The notes beneath the pieces are model-generated. The model saw only the letters and a list, made by a program, of their open reading frames with translations. It searched no databases and had not been told where the DNA came from. DNA of 63,035 nt, filler included, from Nemertoderma westbladi (Eukaryota > Animalia > Xenacoelomorpha): assembly GCA_032718475.1 (NCBI GenBank). It is 2 parts of 2 records of this genome, joined end to end, with 100 filler letters (N's around TTAATTAATTAA, not from the genome) between each part and the next. Parts side by side here need not be neighbours in the genome. Positions count along the whole stretch, not along the records: positions 31,085 to 63,035 come from JAUCBJ010002217.1; 1 more part is not named here. The stretch is one strand, 5' to 3'. The position numbers and the translations under genes are program-made. The first letter of the stretch is position 1; each line of letters starts with the position of its first letter. Positions 61,105 to 63,035 of this stretch are shown here, piece after piece.

Positions 61105-61557
61105 GAAATGAAGTCCAGATGTATTTTATCATCCTCAAATAGTTGTATTTGATATCCAGGATCGTTATTCTCTATCGTGGTACTAGTTAGCTAGTGCTCT
61201 ATGGATTCGGAGATCCCAGCCCAAGTTTCTAGGCCGCTGGGTAATACGTGAGCTGATAAACGATCAGGATTGTTTCCAAAAGATCGACTTGGGAGCATTG
61301 ATGGTTCTGTTCAGTACAGCCACTTTACTGTGGAGAGGTCCGGATCTAATTATGAGCTAAGGATTAAAAGTTATACCGATTCACATAATATCGATGGAAT
61401 TACTGTAAATCACCACCCCACTGCCCTGGATAACACGGAGTTTGAGGAACATGGATGGTTGGTTGGGCCGGATGGTGATGGAACTCACCCAAATCGATGG
61501 GAACCGACGAAAGACAAACTTGAAATGAAACTGAAAACTGTACAGGAACAAACATAG
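61105..61557 (+). pseudogene. Fibrinogen-related domain (FReD) pseudogene fragment
   Basis: Across frames: YGFGDPSPSF*, IRELINDQDCFQKIDL, DGSVQYSHFTVE..NYELRIKSY, LEMKLK; motif order matches FReD; contains stops and frameshifts. Confidence 0.5.
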
Positions 61558-61935
61558 AGAAACAAACTGTACAGTAGCAGTATAGGTTACTTATTGTGAT
61601 TGTTTAACAAACCAATATAATATTCAACAAATAATATGAAGCAAAATAATAGAAACGGAATAGTCAGTATAAATTAAGATTCTAGAATAGACTCTTTCGC
61701 AATTACGTTGGAAACACAGTTCTATACCAATAAATAACAACAATAAAAAACAAACATGTCAATGTATATTTCTTGCAGGCATATATATTTCTCACACTAG
61801 CCCTTACTTTTTTGAAAATTAGGAGGGTGACCGTTCAGATCACTACATTAAGTGAGATGTTACACTATATATTCCAGGATATGGTGCTTATATTATTACC
61901 ACCACTAATAGAATGCCATCCTAAATTAGACGATT

Positions 61936-62205
61936 AAAGTAAAGTACATTTTCTTCGGCCGCTAGGCCAGGGATTACGCACAAAGTCTGACGACTTATTT
62001 CCAGTGCGGTCCCCCCAGAACTTTACTCCCCAGAGGAAACTCCAGTACTCATTTAGCTACCACTTAAGGATGCAAGGCAGAGATGCGCCCTGGCTGGTCC
62101 CTTTAAAGCATTCGTGCCGAAACGAAAACTGCCCTGGCCCAAGTGAGGATCGAACCCACGACCTACAGGAGATGGGAATTCAATGCGACCACTACACCAA
62201 GGTGG
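61936..62205 (-). mobile_element. tRNA-derived SINE family 2, full-length copy
   Basis: Minus strand: TGGTGTAGTGG A box, GGTTCGATCCT B box, core GCCTTGCATCCTTAAGTGGTAGCTAAATGAGTAC, TACTTTACTTT tail. Confidence 0.85.
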
Positions 62206-62841
62206 AACCTTCCTTATTTACTTACCTTATTATTTATTATATTGATTTGACACCAAAATAAATTATTTAGCACCAAATATATTTTTTGTAGCGCCAATTT
62301 ATATCCCTCAATTCCAAAATTCTCTCTCACCAAAAACATAATTCATCCCCCCAAAAAAAACAATTAATTATTCACCCCCCCCCCCCCCCCCCCCCGCCAT
62401 AAAAAACAATTCTTGATTCCGGCAAAAATAATTATTCATACGGACCCACAAAACAATTATTCACTCTCACTAAAATAATTACTTGTCAACTAAACACAAT
62501 TCTTCCAGCACCAAATATTTTATGGACAATTTATTTATAAAAATTCATTCATTAATATTATTTCCATAAATCAAACAAAATGATTAATCATATTATACCG
62601 ATGGTCCTCGTACCAATAGTCTGCAACTAAGAGTCTGTTTATTTTGGTAGAATATTTCATTATTTTGGAGGAATAAGCATTTATTTTGGCGAAATATTAT
62701 GTTTTTATTTTGGGGATATATGTATTTATTTTGGGGGAATAGGATTGCATTGATTTTACTTTTTTCCCGGCGAAAAAAGTAAATTAAAATATTTTTTTTC
62801 AATATTCCCTCGACCGTTTATTAACCTCGCTGTCACTCGGT

Positions 62842-63035
62842 GGGATAAATATTTCTCCATTTGACGCAACACCGCCGCGGCCGCTATGAGGGAGGTGAAT
62901 ACCGCGGCCGCTCCTAAAGCCGCAGGCCATCGCTAACTATATAGGTTAACTTGGGATTCTGGGGGACTTTTCGATGAAGGAACTGACCAAATTTTTTTAT
63001 TTTCTCACCAGGGGAGCGGCTCGGAATTCTAAGAT
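62842..63035 (+). mobile_element. Left end of family E element (runs off the window)
   Basis: Identical to 26194-26387; also preceded by GGT. Confidence 0.85.

Overview
Eukaryotic (metazoan, probably invertebrate) genomic DNA made of two contigs joined by an artificial 100-bp spacer (N44-TTAATTAATTAA-N44, 30985-31084). The left contig has a compact co-directional trio of genes with uninterrupted CDSs (TRIAP1, MRPL41, MNAT1), a single-exon MSH5 with a 16x15-aa C-terminal repeat, and the last seven coding exons of a minus-strand RAD54L2/ARIP4 SNF2 helicase. One RAD54L2 intron is about 93% filled by a 20-bp satellite. It also has many TE relics (RTE LINE 3' ends, tRNA-SINEs, piggyBac-, Tc1- and Helitron-type non-autonomous elements). 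The right contig has a 22.4-kb, 63-bp-monomer satellite with higher-order repeats, followed by the large 3' exon of a class II PI3-kinase (minus strand). Main observations: (1) the 63-bp monomer is present once, 62/63 identical to one array variant, as the 3' part of a tRNA-derived SINE at 19794-19856, linking the SINE to the giant satellite; (2) a 51-aa K/R/G/S-rich protamine-like ORF missed by the ORF track lies antisense in the presumed PI3K intron, with a TATA box upstream and a minimal hammerhead-ribozyme-like motif downstream; (3) the TRIAP1-MRPL41-MNAT1 spacing is operon-like; (4) RAD54L2 ends in a Daxx-like SIM; (5) a young 3-kb element appears inserted twice at GGT^AA. All calls were made by eye; no searches were run.
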